Assembly (NCBI GenBank): GCA_963848295.1
Contig: CAWKDB010000010.1
Coordinates: forward strand, 3,648,001-3,712,000
Direction of reading: 5' to 3'
Origin: an uncultured delta proteobacterium
GTDB taxonomy: Bacteria; Myxococcota_A; Polyangia; Haliangiales; Haliangiaceae
DNA length: 64,000 nt
The notes under the pieces were generated by a model. It was not told where the DNA came from. It did not search any database and worked only from the letters and a program-made list of their open reading frames with translations. The translations under genes were made by a program, and so were the position numbers. Shown here in pieces: positions 9,361 through 18,202 of this stretch. Numbering within the stretch: the stretch's first letter is position 1; each line of letters starts with the position of its first letter.

Positions 9361-10146
9361 CTAAACCGTGGTCGTGGTCGACGACGTTGACGTGAACGGC
9401 GACGTGGACTTGATCGGCGCAGCCCGCCTGGCGGGTACTGCGAACACGCTAATCGGGCCGCCGCGAAGATACCCGACACCGAGCATCCAGGTGAGCGGCG
9501 CGGCGATCGCGACGCGTTCGTATCCTCTTGGATAGAGGCTAGTGCGCCACCGCGGCGCGGACCAGCCGTAGAACTGGGCGCCGCTCGAGAACGGATCGAC
9601 ACGGCCGCGGTAGAGCCCGGCGGTGTTGCGATGCTCGCCATGCTTGCGCCAGTTGTTGAGCACGTAGCTGAGCGTATGGTTCGCTTGCGTCGGCGTGCCG
9701 AGGATCTCGACGTGGTACCGGTCGGCAAAGACGCGCCCATGGCGACCGAGCTCGCGATTGAGCTGCTTGGCTGCGGAGATCTTGAAGCTCTGCATGCCGC
9801 GCGCGAGCGAGTCCTTGTTATCGGCCTCGCAGATCATGTGGATGTGCGTGCGCTGCACGCTGAAGTGCACGATGCGGAAGCCAAGCTGGCTGAACGCGGT
9901 CACGACAAGCGCGCGGCGGATCGCGCGATAGGCCTTGTCCGTGCGCAGCCCTGCCGCAGCCGCGACGACGCGCAACGTGATGTGGAGCGGCTTGCTCGGA
10001 TCGAGCGCGGCACGTCGCGCATGGGTGACACCAGCGCGCAGCCCCTTCGGCTTGCGCCCGGCGCCCGGTCGTTTGCCGCCGCGGCGCTGCCCGTTCTTGT
10101 CGAACCTCGGAAACGCCATCTGACGATTACGCAAAGGTAACCCCAT
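9361..10146 (-). mobile_element. REP-associated tyrosine transposase (RAYT-like, HUH/Y1 family), intact
   Basis: HITLR, HUH motif FSVQRTHIHMI, VFADRYH, and catalytic Tyr helix LSYVLNN. Confidence 0.85.
9368..9415. repeat. Degenerate hexamer tandem repeat at the RAYT 3' end
   Basis: GTGGTC GTGGTC GACGAC GTTGAC GTGAAC GGCGAC GTGGAC TTGATC. An imperfect inverted copy lies at 12320-12361. Confidence 0.55.
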
Positions 10147-10153
10147 GAATCAT

Positions 10154-10182
10154 ATGCTACATCCCGTCGACAATCATGTCAA
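10154..10182 (-). promoter_or_regulatory. Sigma70-type promoter of the RAYT gene (leaderless)
   Basis: Minus strand TTGACA (10182-10177), 17 nt, TAGCAT (10159-10154), 7 nt, ATG (10146). Confidence 0.75.
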
Positions 10183-10202
10183 TTGATTCGGCATATATAT
10201 GA

Positions 10203-10561
10203 GGTGGCAATCCAAGGGGGCTTGACGGCTGCGTCCCTGCCTGCGGACGATGACGCTCGCGCGGACAGCCGCTCGCGCTGTCGATCGAGGTCCTCGCTAT
10301 CGATCGTTCGCGGCTGACCTCGCTCACCTGGATGGCTGCGCCGCGATCGATCGGGATGAGCGCGCGGCGATCGAGTTAGCGGCGCACCCGTCCACATCGC
10401 CGCACAGGCTCTGCTACCAGCTTTTGTTCGGGGACGGAAAGCGGCGCGCCCTCTGCCCTTCGTCGACCTTCAAATCGATCCCATGGAACCAACGATCGTG
10501 GCGTCAGCCCACCAACAGGCTCGGCACGGTCTAAGGTGAGACTGCGCGTCACATCGACGAT
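10203..10561 (+). ncRNA. Candidate structured non-coding RNA or ssDNA element linked to RAYT (copy 1)
   Basis: About 89% identical over 171 nt to 56833-57003. A closing stem encloses two long hairpins, with compensatory and G-U-compatible differences between copies. Transcription is not demonstrated. Confidence 0.55.
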
Positions 10562-10995
10562 CACGCCAAGCGCACGTGCGCGCGGCGATGCAGCAGGCGT
10601 ACGCGCTCGACGACGCCGACAAGGCGAAGGACAAGATCGAAAGGCTCGCGCGGTCGCTCGACGAGAAGCACCCGAGCGCGGTGGGGTCGCTGCGCGAGGG
10701 TCTCGACGAGACGCTGATGGTGATGAGGCTCGGCGTCGGCGCGATGCTGCGCAAGTCGCTCACGACGACGAACCCGATCGAGAGCACCTTCTCGACAGCA
10801 CGCCGCGTGTCGCGACGCGTGACGCGCTGGCCGAGCGGCACGATAGTGCTGCGCTGGGCGCTCGCGGGGACGATGGAGGCCGAGAAGACGTGGTGGCGGC
10901 TGATGGGCAAGGCCAACATCCCGAAGCTCGTGTCGATGCTGCGCCGGCTCGACCTTACGCGTGTGGTGACGTCGCCAGCGAAACGGGCGGCGTAG
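10562..10995 (+). pseudogene. IS256 (Mutator) family transposase, C-terminal fragment
   Basis: SLREGLDETL...LRKSLTTTNPIES...VTRW...LRWALAGTMEAEK. The N-terminal part is missing; the break abuts the conserved non-coding element. Confidence 0.85.
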
Positions 10996-11007
10996 TACAA
11001 CGCGCTC

Positions 11008-12225
11008 ATGCCAGACTTCGTCGCGACGCGAGACCTCCGCATCAACGCGAGCGAGACACCAGACGAGACCGCGAGCTTGGTAAGCGACGGGCTCGCGCTT
11101 CGCGGACTCCCGGAGCTCGAACTCGTCGGCGTGCCGCTCGCGCACGCCAGCGATGGCGCAGTCATCATCAACCACATCGCGGAGTACACTGCGAATCGCG
11201 CGCGCGTTTCCCCAGGCGAACGCGTGGGAGTCGGAGGCCCGCAGCTCCCGGGCGCGCTCGTCGCCCGATTGGTCGCGAGCGAGAACTCGCCTCGCAAGGG
11301 AATCGGCCGGTTCTTCGGCGGCGGGACGCCCGGCCGCCTCCGTATCGAGGAGCCGATCGATGGCATGAAGCCGCTGGCAACGTTGCTGTCGACCGTTCAG
11401 TTGTGGCGCGCGGAGGCGGCGTTCCAGGCCGATGACGACGATCGTGGGGTCACGACGTTACGTGCGGCCATCGACCTGTTCCCGGGGGACCCAGCGCGGC
11501 GCGAAGGACCGAATTTCGGAATCAAGCACAACTGGGAGAATCATCTCGCCTACGCGATGCTCTGCTCTCGCGTCGATGGTGACGAAGCGATCGAATGCTG
11601 GCAGCGAGCCGCCGCTCGGTGCGCGCGATTCGAGGTGGACAAACTCGGCGATACCGTAGCGGATCTCAACCGCCTCGACCGGGACGCTGTGCTCATGCGC
11701 GCTCGGTTGATCGTCGAGACCAATGCGAAGGTGAAGAAGCAGAACGACATCAACGAGCGTCTCGTCACCGCGCCGTCGCCGATCTGGTGTCCAGCCCATG
11801 ACGATACACACACGGCTCGAGCGGCGCGCAAAATGGCGGTAGTGACGCGCGGACGAGTCTACAGCGGCGAGCCGCTGCTTCGCGATCCAGCTCTCCTCGG
11901 GGCCGCAATCGAACTCGTGCTCGCGCACCGCGGGCGGCCGGCCGCACTCCTGTTCGCTACCGCGGACACCGTCGAGCACTGGGAAGGTGGCGCAGACGCG
12001 GCTCCGCTCGTCGACGCAGGCGTCGCATATGGTACGGGCGATCGCATATTGTCGTTCGGGCTTGCATACGTCGCGCGGCTCGTTGCCGGAGAGATGACGG
12101 CCGCCGAGGTGCGTGTCCTATGCGGTCTCAACGGTGATCCGAGCACGCGTGAGTCTGCACTCGCGAAACTGGCCGCCCTCGAAAAGGCCGAGTTCGAGGA
12201 TCAAGTCGCGGCGATCACCGGGTAG
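11008..12225 (+). CDS. Hypothetical protein, probable IS256 passenger gene
   Basis: 405-aa ORF with more A/T-ending codons than neighbouring genes. SDGLALRGLPELEL segment followed by a helical region; no confident family. Confidence 0.7.
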   Translation: MPDFVATRDLRINASETPDETASLVSDGLALRGLPELELVGVPLAHASDGAVIINHIAEYTANRARVSPGERVGVGGPQLPGALVARLVASENSPRKGIGRFFGGGTPGRLRIEEPIDGMKPLATLLSTVQLWRAEAAFQADDDDRGVTTLRAAIDLFPGDPARREGPNFGIKHNWENHLAYAMLCSRVDGDEAIECWQRAAARCARFEVDKLGDTVADLNRLDRDAVLMRARLIVETNAKVKKQNDINERLVTAPSPIWCPAHDDTHTARAARKMAVVTRGRVYSGEPLLRDPALLGAAIELVLAHRGRPAALLFATADTVEHWEGGADAAPLVDAGVAYGTGDRILSFGLAYVARLVAGEMTAAEVRVLCGLNGDPSTRESALAKLAALEKAEFEDQVAAITG

Positions 12226-12283
12226 TCGTTGCTACCTTCCAGGCCCGTGTTACGCGATCCGTGAAGGCGCCGCAGGCACCGAG

Positions 12284-12307
12284 ATCAACAACGCGCGGGA
12301 CACTCTC
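12284..12307 (-). mobile_element. Probable IS256-family right terminal inverted repeat
   Basis: Minus strand reads GAGAGTGTCCCGCGCGTTGTTGAT, resembling the GAGAGTGTC/GAGACTGTC starts of many IS256-family ends (recalled, not searched). No left IR seen. Confidence 0.5.
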
Positions 12308-12535
12308 TGAGATGCTGCTGTCGCCGTCAAAGGCCACGATGTCGACCGCGACCACGACTACGATTGGCGACGGGGCCATCATTCTACAGCTTCCGGAGCT
12401 GATACGTCGTCACAGTGAATGACCGCACCCGCGTCCGTTCTTCGGTGACTGTGGGCTTGCCGTACCGATTGGTGTGCGCACGACTGATCTCGTGGCCGCG
12501 CAACGCCGCCGCTGCCAACCCGTCGATTCGTACGC

Positions 12536-13093
12536 CTACAGCTCCATGATCTCTTTCTCTTTGGCCTTCGCGATGTCCTCGATCGACGCGATGTACTTGT
12601 CGGTGAGCTCCTGGATCTTCTTCTCACCGTTCTTGCGCTCGTCTTCGGTGATCTCCTTGTCTTTCTCGGCATCCTTGATCATGTCCATCGCGTCGCGCCG
12701 CGCCGACCGCACGGCGACGCGCGCTTCCTCGGTCTGCTTGCCGACGGTCTTCGCGAGATCGCGACGGCGCTCCTGGGTCAGCGGCGGAATCGGCAGCCGG
12801 ACGAGCTCGCTATCGGACACCGGGTTGATCCCGAGGTCGCTCGCGCGAATCGCCTTGTCGATGATCGGCAGCATCGACTTCTCCCACGGCTTGACCGTGA
12901 TCAGCCGCGCGTCGACGACCTGCACCGTCGCGACCTGATTCACCGGCGTCGGTGTGCCGTAATAGTCGACCTTGATGCCGTCGAGCATCGACGTGTTCGC
13001 GCGGCCCGTGCGGATCTTCATCAGATCGCGTTTGAATGAATCGACCGCTTTCTTCATGCCGTCTTCGGAGTCCGTGGTGATTTCGTCGATCAT
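12536..13093 (-). CDS. frr: Ribosome recycling factor
   Basis: IRTGRAN, VDYYG, PPLTQERR, KEKEIMEL; downstream of pyrH. Confidence 0.98.
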   Translation of the reverse strand: MIDEITTDSEDGMKKAVDSFKRDLMKIRTGRANTSMLDGIKVDYYGTPTPVNQVATVQVVDARLITVKPWEKSMLPIIDKAIRASDLGINPVSDSELVRLPIPPLTQERRRDLAKTVGKQTEEARVAVRSARRDAMDMIKDAEKDKEITEDERKNGEKKIQELTDKYIASIEDIAKAKEKEIMEL

Positions 13094-13100
13094 GGTCCCT

Positions 13101-13850
13101 CTACTTTAGATCGAAGCGTGTCTGCTGGTTGTCCTTGACGATCGTCGTGCCGACCGGTTCGCCGCACACGACGCGTTGAATGTTGCCGTGGGTCGTCATG
13201 TCGAACACGACGATGCCGAGCTCGTTGTCTCGACACAGCGCGAACGCGGTCGCGTCCATGACCCCGAGGTCTTGCTTGAGCGCGTCGGTGAACGTGACGG
13301 TCTTGTAGCGGCGGGCGTCGCCATGCTTGCGCGGATCTTTGTCGTAGACGCCATCGACCTTCGTCGCCTTCAGCAGGATCTCCGCGCCGATCTCCATCGC
13401 GCGCAGGGCGGCCGCGGTATCGGTGGTGAAGAACGGATTGCCGGTGCCTGCGCCGAAGATCACGATCCGGCCCTTTTCGAGGTGGCGGATCGCGCGGCGG
13501 CGAATGTACGGCTCGGCGAGCTGCGACATCGGAATCGCGGACTGCACGCGGGTGACGACGCCGTGCTTCTCGATCGCTTCTTGCAACGAGACGGCGTTCA
13601 TCACGGTCGCGAGCATGCCGACGTAATCCGCCGACGCTCGATCCATGCCCTTGGCCGATTCCGACACCCCGCGGAAGATGTTGCCGCCGCCGACGACGAC
13701 CGCGAGCTCGACTCCGAGCCGCGCGATATCCGCAATCTCGCCGGCAATTTGCGACAGGATCTGTGGATGGATCCCGTAGCCCTGGTCGCCCATCAGCGCC
13801 TCGCCCGAGATCTTGAGCAGGGCGCGTTTGTAGGCGGGCTTGGCTGTCAT
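13101..13850 (-). CDS. pyrH: Uridylate kinase
   Basis: [36 protein letters not shown]. Confidence 0.98.
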   Translation of the reverse strand: MTAKPAYKRALLKISGEALMGDQGYGIHPQILSQIAGEIADIARLGVELAVVVGGGNIFRGVSESAKGMDRASADYVGMLATVMNAVSLQEAIEKHGVVTRVQSAIPMSQLAEPYIRRRAIRHLEKGRIVIFGAGTGNPFFTTDTAAALRAMEIGAEILLKATKVDGVYDKDPRKHGDARRYKTVTFTDALKQDLGVMDATAFALCRDNELGIVVFDMTTHGNIQRVVCGEPVGTTIVKDNQQTRFDLK

Positions 13851-13914
13851 GGCCGCAGGACTCTACCCGAAACCTGTTCGAGCGGAGGCGGCGTCGACGC
13901 GATAGAATGAGGCC

Positions 13915-15057
13915 ATGACGCGGCTCTCTGCGGTCGTCGCGTGCGTGGTGGCGCTCGGCGGAGTCGCTCGCGCCGATGGCATCGGCTCGTCGTGCCCGGG
14001 GCTGACGCCGCTCCCGTGGCCGGGCACGACCGCGGTTCCGGTCAACGCGAAGTTGTGGTTGTTCGGCGAAGTCGCTGCGAGCTTCACGCTGACCGACGTT
14101 TCGGGCGCCAAGACCGAGGTGCGCGCGCAATCGTTCATCAGCGACCCGCTCGTTCCGGTGACGCGCGCGACCGTCTCGCTTCGACCGAACACGAAGTATC
14201 ACGCGGTGCTCGGGCACATGACGACCGATTTTGTCACCGGCACGAGCGAGCTGTCGACGCCGCCGCCCGCGCCGACCGGCGTTGCCGTCGATCTCACGGT
14301 CGCTCCGGCGCACCGCGACGAAGTTCCGCTCGCCGGGCTGTGGATCACCGGACAATTCGCGCCGATCACGCCGATCGCGCATGTCGTGGTCCGCGCCGGC
14401 GGGACGCGGGTCGAGCTATATGTTCCGGTCGCCGAGCTCAAGCAGCTCGTTGCCGGGCTCGATCTCCCGGTCGGGCCGGCGACGGTCGAAGTCGAGAGCG
14501 TCGATCTCGCCGGCAACACCAGCGAGCCGGTGATCGTCAAGGTCGTGATCGCGGTCGATCCCGCACTCGACGACACGTTCTGCTATGGCCCGCGCCGGAT
14601 GTGCGGGATCGGACCGACGATGTACATCGCTGGCGTCGCGGTGCTCGTCGCGTTGGCGTTGGTGATGCTGTTGGTCGCCGCGTTGCGGCGGCTCGCGCGG
14701 ATGAAGGATTTCGGCGACTCGCTGTCGCTCCTCGCCGCCGAGGCCGCGCTGCGCTCGCAGCTGTCGATCGTGCTCGTGACCGTGACGGCCGAGATCATGG
14801 CGGCGATCACCGCGAGCGTGCTCGATCACGAGCTGATCGGCGCGGCGATCGCGTCGTTCGCGGCGATCGATATCATCACCTCGATCGCCGGTCGCACGAT
14901 GCTGCGCATGCTCGAGCGCCACGATGCGGTCGCGGAGCTGCGCGGCCACTATCTCGTCGTCGTCACCGGTCGATCCGAGCGCGCGATCAGCTTGTCGCGC
15001 CGCGCGCGGCACCGCGCGAATCGCGCCGACTTGCCGACGTCGAGGCTCAACCGCTAG
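13915..15057 (+). CDS. Hypothetical membrane protein (signal peptide, beta-rich ectodomain, about 3 TM helices)
   Basis: Signal peptide ending ARA-D; Ig/fibronectin-like segment (VESVDLAGNTS); hydrophobic C-terminal segments. Confidence 0.7.
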   Translation: MTRLSAVVACVVALGGVARADGIGSSCPGLTPLPWPGTTAVPVNAKLWLFGEVAASFTLTDVSGAKTEVRAQSFISDPLVPVTRATVSLRPNTKYHAVLGHMTTDFVTGTSELSTPPPAPTGVAVDLTVAPAHRDEVPLAGLWITGQFAPITPIAHVVVRAGGTRVELYVPVAELKQLVAGLDLPVGPATVEVESVDLAGNTSEPVIVKVVIAVDPALDDTFCYGPRRMCGIGPTMYIAGVAVLVALALVMLLVAALRRLARMKDFGDSLSLLAAEAALRSQLSIVLVTVTAEIMAAITASVLDHELIGAAIASFAAIDIITSIAGRTMLRMLERHDAVAELRGHYLVVVTGRSERAISLSRRARHRANRADLPTSRLNR

Positions 15058-15179
15058 CTCACGCCGCGCATCGCGCCCTCGCGCGCTATCGCAGAGTCTC
15101 GCCCTCGCGGCTGCGCGCGCTGGAGCGGTGCTCGACGGGTCCCTGCGCGCGGCGCGCGGTGGGCGGTGCGGGACCACGG

Positions 15180-15424
15180 GGCTTGAGACCGGACCGGAGG
15201 TAATTCCGCATGGGATGGCGGGGCTGGCTTGAGACCGGACCGGCTTGAGACCGGACCGGAGGTAATTCCGCATGGGATGGGGCTTGAGACCGGACCGGAG
15301 GTAATTCCGCATGGGATGAGACCGGAGCGGAAGTAAGTCCGCATGATGCGGCCGAGACCGGCCGAGACCAGACCGGAGTAATTGCGTCGGGATCGGGACC
15401 GGGGGGCGAGACCGAACCGGAGGT
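15180..15424 (+). repeat. Tandem REP-like hairpin array upstream of the second RAYT
   Basis: 38-nt unit GGCTTGAGACCGGACCGGAGGTAATTCCGCATGGGATG exact at 15180, 15242 and 15281, plus partial or degenerate copies at about 15226, 15318, 15364 and 15408. Confidence 0.9.
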
Positions 15425-15492
15425 GTCCGGCCGGATCTCGGCCAGATTCGGACATCTCGGACAAGCGCGCTCCAAAAATCATGGGGTTGGGA

Positions 15493-15508
15493 TGGTGCAG
15501 TTCTTGCG
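15493..15508 (+). promoter_or_regulatory. Sigma54-type promoter of the second RAYT
   Basis: TGGTGCAGTTCTTGCG has GG-N10-GC spacing; predicted +1 near 15519, just before GTG 15521. Confidence 0.6.
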
Positions 15509-15520
15509 AACGTCATGCGC

Positions 15521-16414
15521 GTGACGCGACCTCGCCAAGTCCTTCGCAACCAGTTCCACTTGATCACTCGGCGTTGTGCGAACCGGTGGTTCTTGCTGCG
15601 GCCCGATGCCGCGACGAACAACGCATACGCCTACTGCCTCGCGGTCGCTGCGCAGCGCTGCGGGATGGAGGTGGTCCATACGGTCGCGGAGTCGAATCAC
15701 CACCATACGACGATCTACGACCGCGACGGTCGCTATCCCGAGTTCCTCACGTACTTTCATAGCCTGGTCGCTCGTAGCCAGAACGCGCTGCGCGGGCGGT
15801 GGGAGAACTTCTGGGCCGCGGAGGAGCCGTGCGTGACCCGGCTGCTCGATCGGGAGACCGTGATCGCCAAAGTCGTCTATGCCATCACCAATCCGGTCAA
15901 AGATGGTCTCGTCGCGCGCGTCCACCACTGGCCGGGCGTGAACACGTACACAAATCTCGTGTCGGGGCGGGGCCTGCGGGCAACGCGACCCCGTCACTTC
16001 TTTCGTGATCCGGGTGCGCTGCCCGACGAGATCGAGCTCCGCATGACGATTCCTGCCGAGCTCGGCCCGGCCGACGCGTTCATCGCCGAAGTATGCGCGG
16101 GCGTCGAGCGTGTCGAGCGCGAGGCTGCGGAGGAGCGGCGTAACACCGGTGCGTCGGTCTGCGGGCGCCGTCGAATCCTGGAGCAACGCTGGGACGAGGC
16201 GCCCTCTTCTGTCGCGCCCCGGCGCAGTCTACGTCCGCGCTTCGCGGGCCGGACCGAGTCACGCACAGAGGCGCTTGGCAAGTACCACTCGTTTCTTGCC
16301 GCGTACCGCTTCGCGCTCGCGGTTTGGAGGACGCGAGTCGCCTCGCCGTTTCCATCCGGCACCTATTGGCTCTCGCGCTTCGCCGGCGTGGCTACAGAAC
16401 CCGTTCCGCTTTGA
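15521..16414 (+). mobile_element. REP-associated tyrosine transposase (RAYT-like, HUH/Y1), second subfamily, intact
   Basis: LITRRC, HUH-type motif ESNHHH, RWENFW, catalytic Tyr in VVYAITNPVKDGLV, WPG. Alternative start ATG 15515. Confidence 0.85.
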
Positions 16415-16556
16415 GCACCTCCGCCACGGCCGAGCTCGACGTCGCTATTAACGCTCGAGCGACAGCCGTGCGTCGCCGCTGCATGGCCAACCGTCGCGGC
16501 GTCGGTGACGCCGTGGGCCAGAGCGCGATCGCGGGAGGACGCGACGCGCGAGATTC

Positions 16557-16878
16557 GACCACCGGTCGGGTCCGTTATCGACCGCCGGGTGGTTGCCGGC
16601 TGCACGATAGGACCTCCGGTCGGGCCCGTGAGGGGCCGGCCTACTACGCTGGCGGCGCGCTTGTCACGACGTGGCAGCGCGAGGACTTACGCTGCACGAT
16701 AGGACCTCCGGTCGGGTCCGTCCCCGGGTCCGTCCCCCAGCGCGAGGACTTACGCTGCACGATAGGACCTCCGGTCGGGTCCGTCCCGGGTCCGTCCCCT
16801 TACGCTGCACGATAGGACCTCCGGTCGGGTCCGTCCCGGGTCGGGTCCGTCCCAGGACCTCCGGTCGGGTCCGTCCCC
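16557..16878 (-). repeat. Tandem REP-like hairpin array downstream of the second RAYT
   Basis: 39-nt unit CTTACGCTGCACGATAGGACCTCCGGTCGGGTCCGTCCC (plus strand) at 16686, 16749 and 16799; partial copies at about 16557, 16599 and 16854. Core is inverted relative to the upstream array. Confidence 0.9.
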
Positions 16879-16900
16879 GATCAGGATCCATCGCAACCTC

Positions 16901-18202
16901 CTACTCGACGCGCGTCCCGATGCGATCCCAGTCGGGCGCACCGTCGTGCCAGCTCCACCAGATCGCGACGACGCGGCCGAGGACGTCGGCGCGACTGACC
17001 GGACCGGTGATTCGGCTATCGAGCGAGTTGTGACGGTTGTCGCCCACGACGAACAACTGATCCGCCCCGACGGTCCACGGTCCGCCGCCACGCGGCCCTC
17101 CGGTGATCACCGTCGTGTAGCTGCGCGCGCCGAGATGCTCGCGGAGCTCGACGCCCGTCACGTGCTCGACCGGCCCATCCTCGAGGGTGTCGGTATAGGT
17201 GAACGCCTTCGCCATCTCCTCGGTCGGTAGGGGTACGCCGTCGATCGCGATTCCCGCGTCGGACTCGGTGATCGTCTGACCGGCGACCCCGAGGACGCGC
17301 TTGGCATACTCGCGATCCTCGCGACGGTAGACCACGACGTCACCTGGTGCGATCGCGCCTGCGAGCGCACCCTTGGCGGCGAACACGTGGTCGCCTTGCA
17401 CGAGGGTCGGCACCATCGACGTCGACGGCATGCGAAAGGCTTCGAGCAGTGTTTGGCGCAGCGCTACTAGCGCGGTGGCTTGCTCGGTGCCGTCCGGGAA
17501 GCTCGCGACAAGCGTGCCGGCGTCGTTGCGGAACCTCGCGTTGCCGAGCGCCGGGGTCGTCGCGCTCTGCGCCTTGATTGCCGCGACCACGGCAGCCGCG
17601 GCGCCCGCGAAGCCAGCGCCGCCGACCTTGATCTCGTACGCGTCGCCGAGCTCGATCTCGACGTCGATCGGTTTGGCCGTGGTCCCGAGCCGCTCGACGG
17701 CACAACTATCGCGGTGACATCGTGCGGCGAGCTCGGTAGCCGCGACCCGCCCAGCGTCGGCCTGCGTTGGATCGACCTTGTACTGGACCGCTATGCCACC
17801 TGGACGATCGCGCAGTACGAGCCCGAGCGCGGTCAGGGCGGCGAGCTTGTCGCGACCGATCACGCACGTCACGGAGGCGACCGAGATGGCACCGTCGATC
17901 TCACCGGCGATGCGCAACGGCTCGCCGACCGCGACGCGAATGCTCGCGAGCTTGTCGAGCTCGATCCCGCAGTCCGAGAGCGACTCGCCGAATATCGGCC
18001 GCACGATTGGCTCGAGCTCGGCAAGCACGGCGCGCACCTTCGGTTGCGAGGCCGAGAGCCGCGCATACGCGCGTGGCTTGGCGCCGACTGCGCCGAGCAA
18101 TTGCGCGGCATCCGCCGCGACCTGCGCCGGGCTCGATGCGTGATCTGCGGCCGGCTTCCCGCTGCATGCCGCAATCGCGAGCGCCAGCGCGGCCGTGCGC
18201 AT
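16901..18202 (-). CDS. lepB: Signal peptidase I (S26) domain fused to a large N-terminal lipoprotein domain
   Basis: ATG overlaps the proS stop; lipobox IAAC. Catalytic motifs PSTSMVPTL, AKRVLG and GDNRHNSLDSR. May be a paralogue rather than the housekeeping lepB. Confidence 0.8.
   Translation of the reverse strand: MRTAALALAIAACSGKPAADHASSPAQVAADAAQLLGAVGAKPRAYARLSASQPKVRAVLAELEPIVRPIFGESLSDCGIELDKLASIRVAVGEPLRIAGEIDGAISVASVTCVIGRDKLAALTALGLVLRDRPGGIAVQYKVDPTQADAGRVAATELAARCHRDSCAVERLGTTAKPIDVEIELGDAYEIKVGGAGFAGAAAAVVAAIKAQSATTPALGNARFRNDAGTLVASFPDGTEQATALVALRQTLLEAFRMPSTSMVPTLVQGDHVFAAKGALAGAIAPGDVVVYRREDREYAKRVLGVAGQTITESDAGIAIDGVPLPTEEMAKAFTYTDTLEDGPVEHVTGVELREHLGARSYTTVITGGPRGGGPWTVGADQLFVVGDNRHNSLDSRITGPVSRADVLGRVVAIWWSWHDGAPDWDRIGTRVE

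Noticed and set aside
10250..10534. Protein-coding ORF pair 10250..10534 and 56833..57135
   Set aside because: Most differences are non-synonymous, the frames diverge after about 57 codons while nucleotide blocks stay conserved, and the changes preserve base pairing.
9361..10995. IS200/IS605 element with TnpB or IscB
   Set aside because: No RuvC or zinc-finger nuclease ORF lies next to either Y1 gene; the adjacent fragment is IS256-type.
15180..16878. CRISPR arrays (38-39 nt repeats)
   Set aside because: Units are adjacent or separated by repeat fragments rather than unique constant-length spacers; no cas genes; the repeats flank a RAYT.
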